DNA of 64,000 nt from Eledone cirrhosa (lineage: Eukaryota): NCBI GenBank assembly GCA_964016885.1, contig OZ024744.1, forward strand, positions 64,294,001-64,358,000, in the 5' to 3' direction. The translations under genes were made by a program, and so were the position numbers. Within the stretch, counting starts at the first letter, position 1. The number at the start of each line of letters is the position of its first letter. Of this stretch, positions 42,501-53,569 are shown one piece after another. Below the pieces are notes generated by a model. It saw only the letters and a program-made list of their open reading frames with translations, ran no database searches and was not told the DNA's origin.

Positions 42501-43545
42501 TAGTAATGTGAATGTTATGTGAGGTAAAGCCTTTACCATGAAAATATAATAGTATATATAGAGTAATGTGAATGTTATGTGAGGTAAAGCCTTTACCATG
42601 AAAATATAATAGTATATATAGAGTAATGTGAATGTTATGTGAGGTAAAGCCTTTACCATGAAAATATAATAGTATATATAGAGTAATGTAAATGTTATGT
42701 GAGGTAAAGCCTTTACCATGAAAATATAATAGTATATATAGAGTAATGTGAATGTTATGTGAGGTAAAGTCTTTACCATGAAAATATAATAGTATATATA
42801 TAGTAATGTGAATGTTATGTGAGGTAAAGCCTTTACCATGAAAATATAATAGTATATATAGAGTAATGTGAATGTTATGTGAGGTAAAGCCTTTACCATG
42901 AAAATATAATAGTATATATAGAGTAATGTGAATGTTATGTGAGGTAAAGTCTTTACCATGAAAATATAATAGTATATATATAGTAATGTGAATGTTATGT
43001 GAGGTAAAGTCTTTACCATGAAAATATAATAGTATATATATAGTAATGTGAATGTTATGTGAGGTAAAGCCTTTACCATGAAAATATAATAGTATATATA
43101 GAGTAATGTGAATGTTATGTGAGGTAAAGCCTTTACCATGAAAATATAATAGTATATATATAGTAATGTGAATGTTATGTGAGGTAAAGCCTTTACCATG
43201 AAAATATAATAGTATATATAGAGTAATGTAAATGTTATGTGAGGTAAAGCCTTTACCATGAAAATATAATAGTATATATAGAGTAATGTGAATGTTATGT
43301 GAGGTAAAGTCTTTACCATGAAAATATAATAGTATATATATAGTAATGTGAATGTTATGTGAGGTAAAGCCTTTACCATGAAAATATAATAGTATATATA
43401 GAGTAATGTGAATGTTATGTGAGGTAAAGCCTTTACCATGAAAATATAATAGTATATATAGAGTAATGTGAATGTTATGTGAGGTAAAGTCTTTACCATG
43501 AAAATATACTAGTATATATAGAGTAATGTAAAGGTAAAGGGTTAA
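39537..43545. mobile_element. piggyBac-type MITE with a large internal tandem expansion
   Basis: Left TTGA|CCCTTTAGCATTTA plus the normal MITE body; right TAAAGGG|TTAA; satellite in between. Confidence 0.88.
39695..43530. repeat. 60-bp satellite, about 64 near-identical copies
   Basis: Unit TATGTGAGGTAAAGCCTTTACCATGAAAATATAATAGTATATATAGAGTAATGTGAATGT; the period matches the 60-nt line width. Confidence 0.98.
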
Positions 43546-43567
43546 AAGTGATGAGGCAAGCAATAAT

Positions 43568-43755
43568 TGTTTCTACTTTTGGCACAAGGCCAGAAATTAC
43601 CCAGTGCATTACTGGTACTTTATTTTATCGACCCTGTAAGGATGAAAGGCAAAGTTAACCTCGGCGGGGTTTGAACTCAGATCATAAAGGGACGTAACTC
43701 TATGCTTCAAAGCATAGTGTCCGACTCTCTACCGATACTGCCAATCCCCCGCCCT
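43568..43755 (-). mobile_element. SINE family N, young copy
   Basis: Perfect 16-bp TSD TGAGGCAAGCAATAAT at 43552-43567 and 43756-43771. Confidence 0.9.
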
Positions 43756-43774
43756 TGAGGCAAGCAATAATGAT

Positions 43775-43855
43775 AGCAACAACTACTCTACAACTGTCAC
43801 TGCAACTACAACAACAACAACAACAACAACAAAAGTAGCAGCAGCAACAGCAGCT

Positions 43856-43903
<48 letters not shown>

Positions 43904-43909
43904 GTAGCA

Positions 43910-43941
<32 letters not shown>

Positions 43942-43970
43942 AACAGCAGCAACAGCAACAACAACAGCTG
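43775..43970. repeat. CAA/CAG microsatellite
   Basis: Direct reading. Confidence 0.9.
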
Positions 43971-44081
43971 CAGAAAAATGTAACAGGCATGGATATAAAC
44001 AGTGAAAGGGTGAAATGATCTGAAAACAAACTGAGGCCACCACCACCACTACCAACACAGAGAAGCTTATTAATATTAATA

Positions 44082-44306
44082 GGCTGGTGGGGTGGCAGAA
44101 TCGGTAGAGCGTCTGACACCCTGCTTCATGGCATGGAGGTATGGCTCTTTCCATTCTGAGTTCAAATCCCACCAAGGATAGCTTTGCCTTTCATCCTTAT
44201 GGGGTCGATAAAATAAAGTACCTGTAATGTACTGGGGTTGATTTAATCGACTTCCCTCCTTCCTTTCAAATTGTTGCTATTGTGCCAAAAGTAGAAACAT
44301 TTATTA
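44082..44306 (+). mobile_element. SINE family N
   Basis: Head TGGCAGAATCGGTAGAGCG, B box and central motif. Confidence 0.82.
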
Positions 44307-45795
44307 TGCAACTTTCCAGTGCATCGCCAGACATGCACATCCATGTTCCCATGTTCCTAAGGTCTCTACAATATTTTTGGTTTTCAGTAGGTTGACCCAC
44401 ATTAGTATATTACATTTGCTGGGTTTTTCTTCTTTTTTTTTTTGTATTATTTTAGTGTTGTTTCTTCTGCTGTATAGGTTATATGTTGTATTATTTTCTT
44501 GAATGGTGATTGTGTTGAGTATGTAGTATGTTTCAGTTTGTGCAGTATTAATAAGTTGCAGCTGTATAGAATATGAGCTGTTGGTGTTTAGAGTCAGGTA
44601 TCAGTTAAGTAGGAATGTGTATTGTATTATTTTATTAGGTCTTGATCATGAGAGCAAAGGTTCTCAACCCATTTCTCAACCCTCGAAATCATGAAACGCC
44701 CACCTACCCTATTTTTCCATTTTTCAACATACTACTGATTTTAATATCAGTAGATTACTGGGCCAAATCAAGTTATGTTAGAATCTTTAAAAAAATCTTT
44801 AAAAAATACTCGTACGAATTAAATACAAAAAAGTTTCAGTCCAAAACAAAAGCAAGCTATTTCAAATTATATATTTTTGAACAATAGACGTGAATGTTCT
44901 CAAAGATTTGATCTCAGTCAAAAAAGCTATATTTTTAAATTCTATATTTCACTGTTAGCTGTTGTAATATTTTGAGTAGATAGACAATTCTACAATTCAA
45001 ACTGTAAAGTCAAAATACAAAATAGTACCTTGCAAAATAAAGTGCCTCGATCACAAATTTCATTGCAACGAATGAATTGAGATGCTTAGTGACAGTGAGC
45101 AAACAATATCTGTATCCCTTATATATATATACATAGATAGATACACACACTCATATACGCGCGCACACTAACACACACACACAAACAAATTTGTGTGTGT
45201 GTGTGTTAGTGTGCGTGCGTATAGTGTGTCTGCGTGTGCCTTGTATTTGGTACAGAAAGAATTTTGTCTCAGTTTTTATTTTGGGCCACTGCTCTTTTCA
45301 ACAACGTCAAATAACAACACCATATATATATATATGTATATATATATATTATTTCTGAAGACAGCATATATATGTGAAGGTATGTATATTCTCTTTGATA
45401 GTTTGTATAATTTTGTACATAGATCTTTTGAATATGCATACCAATTCTAACACATATATGTCCTAGAAACGATCGTAAAATAATGAACTTTTTTTGTTTA
45501 ATATAAGGAACTGTTTCTTTGTTTATTCATTATTTTTTTAATATTTTATCTTGACTCTGTATTCCGTTTATCTTTCACCGAAAGTGATTTTTGAATGCAT
45601 CTCTTCTTTTCATGATATCCGGATTACATTCAGTTCTTCATACGGATTGGACACTACCGTAAACTTTTGGTAGATTTATCTACAATATGTGTATATATAT
45701 ATAGTGAGAGAGAGAAAGACAGAAAGAGAGAGAGAGACAGAGAGAGTAAGAAATGTGTGTGTGTTTGGTACACGTCTATCTATCTATCTTTCCAA

Positions 45796-46182
45796 CAGGG
45801 GCTCAAACATGCGGCCCGCGAACTACTTTTCTATGACCCGTGGTAGAACCAATATTTCATATTCCATTATAACTGGTGAAAATAAGGCAGTAAGCTGGTG
45901 GAATTGTTAGCTCATCTGGTGAAATGCTTAGCGGTACTTCTTCCGTTTTTACGTTCCGAGTTCAAATTCTGCCGATCTCAACTTTGCCTTTCATCCTTTT
46001 GGAGTTGATAAATTAAATACCAGTTGTGAACTGGGATCGATGTAATCGACGGGACCCTAAACCCTAAATTTCATGCCTAGTGCTTATAGTAGAAATTATT
46101 AAAACTGGTGAAAATCTTCAACCACCACCACGTTTGGCCCAGTGCGTAATGGCCCTTTTATGTCCTTGAGTTTGAGACCCCT
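45796..46182. mobile_element. hAT-like MITE with a nested SINE family N copy (45884-46102)
   Basis: CAGGGGCTCAAAC..GCGGCCCGCG start and GAGTTTGAGACCCCT end; SINE TSD AACTGGTGAAAAT at 45871-45883 and 46103-46115. Confidence 0.7.
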
Positions 46183-46191
46183 CTTCTACAT

Positions 46192-46226
<35 letters not shown>

Positions 46227-46450
46227 CACTTTACTTTTTTTCTGTCTCTGGACTACGCCCATGCTGGAGCATCACCTTGGTAAGTTATGGGGACGTCAAC
46301 AAACCAACAAGCATTGGTGGGTGGGCAAACACAAACGCAAAGACACACACAGACATATATACATATATATGATGCGCTTCTTTTAGTTTCGGTCTATCAG
46401 TGGGGGTGAATCCGGAAACATGTGGTTGGGAAGTAAGCTTCTTGTCACAC

Positions 46451-46511
<61 letters not shown>

Positions 46512-47035
46512 TATCAAGTTAACAAAGAAAATAAAAAGAACAAAGTCAAGTTACTTTATAACTTTGTTTTTATTTTGTTGTTTTTATTCGTATTGTTAAT
46601 TTAATACCTAATATCTGACTCTGTATCTAAAGAATTAATTCAGCGAAGCAGAACTTCTCTATGGATTTTACAAGATTACATTGAGTCCTATCTACGGTAC
46701 GGACCCTACCACCAGAGGTACACCAGACTGAAAAAAGACAAAAATAAAAAATAAAAATAAATAAAAATATATATATATATATAAATGTAAGTATGCATGT
46801 ATACGTACATACATATATGTATACAGACGTACAGTAGCATGCACACATATATATATATATATATACATATATATATACATATGCATACAGGTACACATAC
46901 ATATATGCACGTATCAGTTTAGCGGCGCTTATTATAACGTCGCTTTGTTCGTTTGTAAACAAAATGAACAGCCTGAATTTATGCCATACGGTGTTAAGGC
47001 AACCACGTCACCTTTTTGTTCAACACTGACACAGG

Positions 47036-47080
47036 AACGATGTACTAGTTTCAAGCTTGTTAGCTATCATCAGCACCGTT
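47036..47080 (-). ncRNA. Minimal type I hammerhead ribozyme (family 1)
   Basis: Reverse complement of 47191-47235. Confidence 0.82.
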
Positions 47081-47190
47081 TACCCATCTGCCGATTTAAC
47101 TCACTCAATATGCAAATTAGGCTGCTCAGCCGTTAATTTTCATAAGGAAAGTATATACTTTCGAACGTTCAACTATCTGGCAGATGGGTA

Positions 47191-47235
47191 AACGGTGCTG
47201 ATGATAGCTAACAAGCTTGAAACTAGTACATCGTT
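47191..47235 (+). ncRNA. Minimal type I hammerhead ribozyme (family 1)
   Basis: AACGGUG-CUGAUGA-U-AGCU-AACA-AGCU-U-GAAA-CUAG-UA-CAUCGUU. Stem I AACGGUG/CAUCGUU; palindromic stem III ACUAGU; GUA triplet 47226-47228. Confidence 0.85.
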
Positions 47236-47538
47236 CCTGTGTCAGTGTTGAACAAAAAGGTGACGTGGTTGCCTTAACACCGTATGGCATAAATTCAGGC
47301 TGTTCATTTTGTTTACAAACGAACAAAGCGACGTTATAATAAGCGCCGCTAAACTGATACGTGCATATATGTAAGTGTACCTGTATGCATATGTATATAT
47401 ATATATGTATATATATATATATGTGCATGCTACTGTACGTCTGTATACATATATGTATGTACGTATACATGCATACTTACATTTAAGTAAGTGCCATACT
47501 ACGAGTGAGAATTGAAAATTTGTTTTCATTTTGTTTCA

Positions 47539-47580
<42 letters not shown>

Positions 47581-47625
47581 TTGTCTCTGTGTGTGTGTGT
47601 GTATATAAATATATATGTGGCACAT

Positions 47626-48016
47626 GGAGGCACATGGGTTAGTGGTTAGAGCATTGGCCTTGCAATCGAAAGGTTGTGAGTTCAATTCTCAGACCGGGTG
47701 ATGTGTTGTTTCCTTGAGCAAGACACTTTATTTCACATTGCTCCAGTTTACTCAGCTGTAGAAATGAGATGATAAGGACTGAGGTCCATATCATTCCACT
47801 GCAAAGTGGTCGTGGAGGTGCCATGGCAAAAAAGCACCCAGCCCACACTGCAAAGTGGTTGTGGAGGTGCCACGGCAAAAAAGCACCCAGCACTCACTGT
47901 AAATGAGGTTGGTGTTAGGAAGGGCATCCAGCTGTAGAAATCAAGCCAGAATCAGTTCCCGTTCCACCCTTGCAAGCAGGAAAAAGTGAACGTAAAATGA
48001 AATGATGATGATGATG
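47626..48016 (+). mobile_element. CORE-type SINE family 1 with RTE-derived body and tail
   Basis: tRNA head (TAGTGG, GAGTTCAATTC); CORE-like CCTTGAGCAAGACACTT...CTCAGCTGTAGAAATG; two 49-bp repeats; AGGAAGGGCATCC module; RTE-A 3' end with (TGA)n. Confidence 0.88.
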
Positions 48017-49179
48017 TGTGCGTGTGTTTGTCTGTGTGGGTGTGTATAATATATATATAAATCTACATACATATATACATAGATTTATATATATATATTA
48101 TACACACACACATCATTTATACATTTGTATATATATACATGCATTTATATTTAAGTGTGTAAGGATGTTGACTTGATTTATGTTATTTTTTGGTAAGGAG
48201 AGAATTTTGGCTCCAGATTTTATTACCTAGGAAGATTAAATACCACAGCTCTGGCTGAAAGCTGACCAGTATGTATGTATGTACGTATGCATGTGTGTTT
48301 CATCACCATTGCTTCTTTTTCTTGTCGTTTCTGTTGTTCTTGTAACTGTTGTAAAAGTTGCGTTGTCCTTATTTTCATTTTCTTTGATTTCTTTCGTTTT
48401 TCTTTTATCTCCCTAGGGAATTCGTTGACAAGCTTCTTTTATTTATTTTCTTCGTTTTCTTCATTCAGATGCATTCACACTGGCTGTCTAAGAGACTACA
48501 AATATGACTTATAAAACTTACCTAAGTAAATAGCCTAGCACCCCCAAAGCTTCAAACGCCCCTCTAACGCCCCCTTGCTCTAAAACGCCCCCCCCCCCCC
48601 AATGGAACTCTGAAACGCCCCCTCCCCCTTTTTTTTGAGAACCTTTGATGTAGAGCATGTGCTTGTGTGAGTTGTGCTATTTTAATGGGTCGTTATTGTA
48701 CAGGGCAGGGGTTGACAAACTTTTATGTTGTCTTTATTGGAAATATTTTTATATCTTGTGGGCTATGGGGAATAAAAAAGGAAACCATGATCATTTGAGT
48801 CTATGGAAATAGCTTGTTTTTTTGTTTTCTTTTGTTTTTTTAATCCCTCTTATGTCTTTACTGATAATCGTTTATCGTAGAATAAAATAAATATTTTTCA
48901 CTGGTGATAGAAAGAATAACCAAAAAAGCAAGTGTACCTGAAAACCATAACATTGTTTAATTATGTTTATAAAAACAATTCTTTTGCTAAGCCACAGCAG
49001 GCTCAGAAATTCAACACAGAATAATGCATATGAACAGATTACAACAGTGAAAATATATACCTACATAATACTAGATTTATAACAATAAGGAAACAATATA
49101 ATAGAATAAAATGTACAAATGACAACAATAATTGGTGTTGTTAAAGGTTGTTCAAGACAAATGTTTTAGTTTTAATATA

Positions 49180-49500
49180 TAATATCATGATATCACACTG
49201 TATAATATCACAATATCTATCACAATATGTAATATCCTAATATCACAATATATAATATCACAATATATATCACAATATATAATAACACAATATATAATAT
49301 CATAATATCACAATATATATCACAATATATAATAACACAATATATAGTATCATAATATCACAATATATATCACAATATATAATAACACAATATATAATAT
49401 TGCAATATATAATAATATAATATTACAATAAATATTATCACAATATATAATATCACAATATTACAATATATAATATCACAATATCACAATATATAATATC
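49180..49500. repeat. AT-rich minisatellite (ATATCACAATAT-type)
   Basis: Direct reading. Confidence 0.85.
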
Positions 49501-49765
49501 TAGTCTAAGTATAAAGTCTGTCTTAAGTCAGAAGGCTTGTTAGGCCAGTGCTTATCCTGGTTTCATGGCGTGAAGCGACTGAGAGTACAAGACTCCCCTG
49601 TGGACAGGAAGCCAGTTCATCATGGGGTTAAACCCCCAGTTTGCTGGTACTCATTTGGAGCAATGTGAAATGAAGTGCTTTGCTCAATAACACAACACGC
49701 AACCCAGGAATCGAACCCATTATGATCGTAAATCCAGCATTCTTACCACTGAACCACATGCCTCC
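49501..49765 (-). mobile_element. CORE-type SINE family 2
   Basis: Homologous to 17240-17737; B box GGTTCGATTCC; flanked by ATATATAATATC. Confidence 0.8.
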
Positions 49766-50066
49766 CATATATATAATATCAGTTTCATATCAGTTTAGAT
49801 AAATTTGTGGCGTCACGCATGAGTGGTAGGACAGCTACTGACAAAGGTTTAGCAACAAAATCCTGTATCACAAAAGTTTTTACTATTATCACTAGATATT
49901 TTTTCAATACTAAATTTTAACCCCTTCGTTAATCATATTTGTAATGAAACAATGATGACCAGCTTCAAAGTTGATTAAAATACTATAATGGTGCTTAATT
50001 TTACAATGAGACTAACTGCATACAGATATGCAGGGCTGGAGTAACCATTAATCCTTTAACATTTAA

Positions 50067-50281
50067 CCTGTTGACTGCCACATATATTTTACACAGCTAC
50101 AGTCGCAGTGCCGGTAAAATGACTATTTTGATTGACAAGTGTCACATCAATAAACTAGTAACCCATCTAGCTTTGATGTTATGAACTGTTGGAAACGAGT
50201 TCATAACTTTGAAGTTATGAACTGTTGGAAAGGAGTTCAAACATGTTGGGATGAGTTATCTCATCTGCGACATTGAAGAGG
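50067..50281. mobile_element. Second TTAA-flanked element inserted in a MITE end
   Basis: TTAA at 50063-50066 and 50282-50285; degenerate TIR CCTGTTGACTGCCAC / CCTCTTCAATGTCGC; the flanks rejoin into the MITE terminus. Confidence 0.55.
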
Positions 50282-51015
50282 TTAAACTGGCCATATCCAT
50301 TTAAAAACAAAACTTAAATTTAAAATATCATTGAAAAAAAAATTAAAATAAATAAAATCTTTTAATAGAAATAGTTTTGTTTAAAATATGTAGATAGGAT
50401 AGGGTGGGTTTCTTTTTTTTTCACAAGTTTTGTTTAAAAAAAAAATAAAAGAAGGTGATAGTAAAATGTTGTCTTTCCTAAGAGTTGCAATAAAGAGATG
50501 TAACTTGCCTAAGGTGATTAAATGTGAATCTTCTGAAGTAAGTGAACAATTTTGTAACATCAGCATTATGTATTCACTTGGAAATTTCTAAATAAATAAA
50601 TAAAACAAAAAAAAAACTTATGAAACTGGAACTACTTGCCAATAGCTACGTACTATTGGGTATGGGGAGGTCATATGATAAAGTAATTCCTTTGATGAAA
50701 GGAAAAAGGAAAAGAAATATGAAATTCAAAAAATCCTTCTGAATGTCACTTTGCTGGCAGCAGTTCAACCAAAAACCTGTTTATTTTATTTATTTATTAT
50801 TTTCTCTTTCCTACATCCGTTCTGGCTCAAACATTGTTTAATACAATCACTTTAACTACTTGAGACTTTCAAAATGTTAGTTAGATTTTTTTTTCCCCAA
50901 GGTTATCCATTATATTTATCTGGAAATATCACAGTTACGAATATGAAGACTTTCAAAAACTTACACACACACATATATATATATATTCTATGTATATATA
51001 TATATACATACATAT

Positions 51016-51346
51016 ATCATTTTTCATCATTTCATTTTACGTCCGCTTTTCCCGTGGGACGGGAACTGATTCTGGCTTGATTTCTACAGCTGGATGCCTT
51101 TCCTAACACCAACCTCATTTACAGTGAGTGCTGGGTGCTTTTTTGCCGTGGCACCTCCACGACCACTTTGCAGTGGAATGATAGGGACCCCAGTCCGTAT
51201 CATCTCATTTCTACAGCTGAGTAAACTGGAGCAATGTGAAATAAAGTGTCTTGCTCAAGGAAACAACACATCACCCGGTCTGAGAATTGAACTCACAACC
51301 TTCCAATTGCCAGTCCATTACTCTAACCACTAAGCCATGTGCCTCC
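51016..51346 (-). mobile_element. CORE-type SINE family 1
   Basis: Close reverse-complement match to 47626-48016, with one repeat unit fewer and a tail deletion. Confidence 0.88.
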
Positions 51347-51677
51347 ATATATATATGTATATTCTATGAACATATATACATATATATATATAAAACTATG
51401 AATAAATAAATAAATAGTAGGGATAAAGGACGTTAAATAAGGATGATTATATATATATATATATATATATAAGTATGTATACGTACATACATATATGTAT
51501 ACAGACATACAGTAGTATGTATATATATATATACATACATGCACACATATATATATGTACGTATGGATTCACCGAACATTTATTATAATGCTCGGTGTGT
51601 TTGTAAACAAACATCCCGAATTAAGCCGTACAGTGTCTAGCAACCATCGTTGCTCATTGTTCAACACTGACAAAGGA

Positions 51678-51720
51678 ACGCTGTACTAGTTTCAAGCTTA
51701 TTAGTTATCGTCAGCAACGT
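51678..51720 (-). ncRNA. Minimal type I hammerhead ribozyme (one stem II mismatch)
   Basis: ACGUUG-CUGACGA-UAACUAAUAAGCUU-GAAA-CUAGUA-CAGCGU. Confidence 0.75.
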
Positions 51721-52174
51721 ATACCTTCCTGCCAGATTGTTGAACGTCTGAAAGTATATACTTTCCTTATGCATATTAATGGCTGAGCAGCCTAATTTGC
51801 ATATCGAGTGGGTTAATCGGCCGGGGTACCGTAAACGATAAACGGAAAAAATGAAACGAAATTTCATTTCTCACTCTTAGTACGGTTGTTACTTATATAA
51901 GTATGTATACGTACATACATATATGTATACAGACGTACAGTAGTATGTATATATACATACATGTACACATATATATATATGTACGTATGGATTCACCAAA
52001 CATTTATTATAATGCTCGGTGTGAAAAATGAAATTTTGTTTCATTTTTTCCGTTTATCGTTTACGGTACCCCGGCCGATTAACTCACTCGATATGCAAAT
52101 TAGGCTGCTCAGCCATTAATATGCATAAGGAAAGTATATACTTTCAGACGTTCAACCATCTGGCAGGAAGGTAT

Positions 52175-52217
52175 ACGTTGCTGACGATAGCTAATAAGCT
52201 TGAAACTAGTACAGCGT
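52175..52217 (+). ncRNA. Minimal type I hammerhead ribozyme (family 1)
   Basis: ACGUUG-CUGACGA-U-AGCU-AAUA-AGCU-U-GAAA-CUAG-UA-CAGCGU; stem I covaries relative to locus 1. Confidence 0.85.
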
Positions 52218-53100
52218 TCCTTTGTCAGTGTTGAACAAATGAGCAACGATGGTTGCTGGACACTGTACGGCTTAATTCGGGATGTTTGTTTACAAACACA
52301 CCGAGCATTATAATAAATGTTCAGAAACAAGCTGTGCATCATTACATCTAATATTCCTATCAATATGAATATTCCTGTCAAAAGCTGGCTATACAAGTTT
52401 TCTATGTAAGAATGCAGAAATGCCACAAGTTGAATATAACCAATTCCTTGCAGCTTAGACATGTGGGACATGTGGCAGAACATTTTTGAATAAGTCAGGA
52501 ATTACAAGGCAATCTAAAATAAATGGGGAGGTGGGAGGTGAAGAGATAACATGTTCATCACATTAGTATTGATAAACTAAGAAAATTAACAAAGATGGGA
52601 CAAAACAACAAATGAAAAACAATTTTTTAAGCGGAAACCTTAAAAAATTATTTAAAAAAAAAATACAAATGAAGGTCACAGAACTCCGCGGTTATCAGCC
52701 ATTGAGATGGACTTTGGCAGTTTCAATGCCTACCAACGGTACTGCTGGTCGACCTGAGATCATAGCATCTGAGTCAAGCCAAACAGTGGAGTAAGAGATA
52801 AAAGACAAAACATTAATCTATAGCAATTAAGCTACAAGTACACATAGAATTTTATGTGGTTCAGGGAAAAGTGTGGTGCTCTTATATATATGACATCATC
52901 ATTATCATCACTATCAGAAAAACCACCCCTCGGGTGGTTTTTCTGCTAGCATGTGTATATACATGTAGATACGATACATCAAATAAAATCGTAATTGACA
53001 ATATATAATACATAGAAATTGAACGAAGACTGAATTACACTGTCTTATTTAATCAGTAACGTAATCTATGATACATTCAAAAAGACGATATTATATATAA

Positions 53101-53484
53101 AAATCCCGCCGAGGTTGACTTTGCCTTTCATCCTTACGGGGTCGATAAAATAAAGTACCAGTAATGCACTGCGTAATTGCTGGCCTTGTGCCTAAAGTAG
53201 AAACAATTATATATAAACCGTATTAGGAGAAAATTAGTATGTTTATTTAAGCGATGGCCAACCGGTAGTGTTGACATTTCAGAAATTTTAAAGAAGTGAA
53301 TCTTTAAATAAACAAAATATATTTAATCAACAGCCATGAAATTTAGTAGATAAATTATGTAATATTCATTCATTATTTATTCAAAGTTAACTTTGCCTTT
53401 TATCCTTACGGGGTCGATAAAATAAAGTACCAGTAATACACTGGGATAATTGCTGGCCTTGTGCCTAATGTAGAAACAATTATT
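53101..53484 (+). mobile_element. Two 5'-truncated SINE family N copies (53101-53210, 53384-53484)
   Basis: Central motif and tail only. Confidence 0.8.
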
Positions 53485-53569
53485 TATTCAAAGTAATCCA
53501 ACTTATTTTACTAATGGGATAAAAAATTATAAACCGTACGCAGTCCCGCGCTCATTACTTTATTATAGT

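Larger units (their letters stand above)
46782..47540. mobile_element. Hammerhead-bearing repeat, family 1 locus 1: inverted plus partial tandem arrangement
   Basis: ~310-bp arms 46782-47092 and 47179-47485; 47485-47540 continues into the next unit; homologous to 51470-52323. Confidence 0.85.
44655..48647. mobile_element. Putative ~4-kb non-autonomous hAT element bracketing nested repeats
   Basis: 13-bp TIR CAAAGGTTCTCAA / TTGAGAACCTTTG; near-TSD ATG-AGAG / ATGTAGAG; AACGCCC subterminal motifs at both ends. Confidence 0.6.
51470..52323. mobile_element. Hammerhead-bearing repeat, family 1 locus 2: 428-bp unit + partial tandem + inverted copy
   Basis: TAAGTATGTATACG at 51470 and 51898; inverted copy at about 52020-52323 with several substitutions. 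Confidence 0.85.

Noticed and set aside
39695-43530. CRISPR-like array
   Set aside because: Contiguous tandem units with no unique spacers, no cas genes, and a eukaryotic context.
39771-43563. 1242-aa and 1238-aa ORFs
   Set aside because: Artefacts of a stop-free 60-bp tandem unit derived from a non-coding MITE.
47626-47700. tRNA genes
   Set aside because: The A/B-box heads continue into SINE bodies with tails and, in several copies, TSDs; no full cloverleaf.
46945-52234. Duplicated short ORFs (MFVCKQNEQ..., MKFRFIFSV...) as genes
   Set aside because: They arise from inverted copies of the hammerhead repeat; the frame is not conserved between the two loci.
51470-52323. Assembly fold-back artefact as the explanation for the hammerhead palindromes
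   Set aside because: The arms differ at several positions and the same architecture recurs at a diverged second locus.
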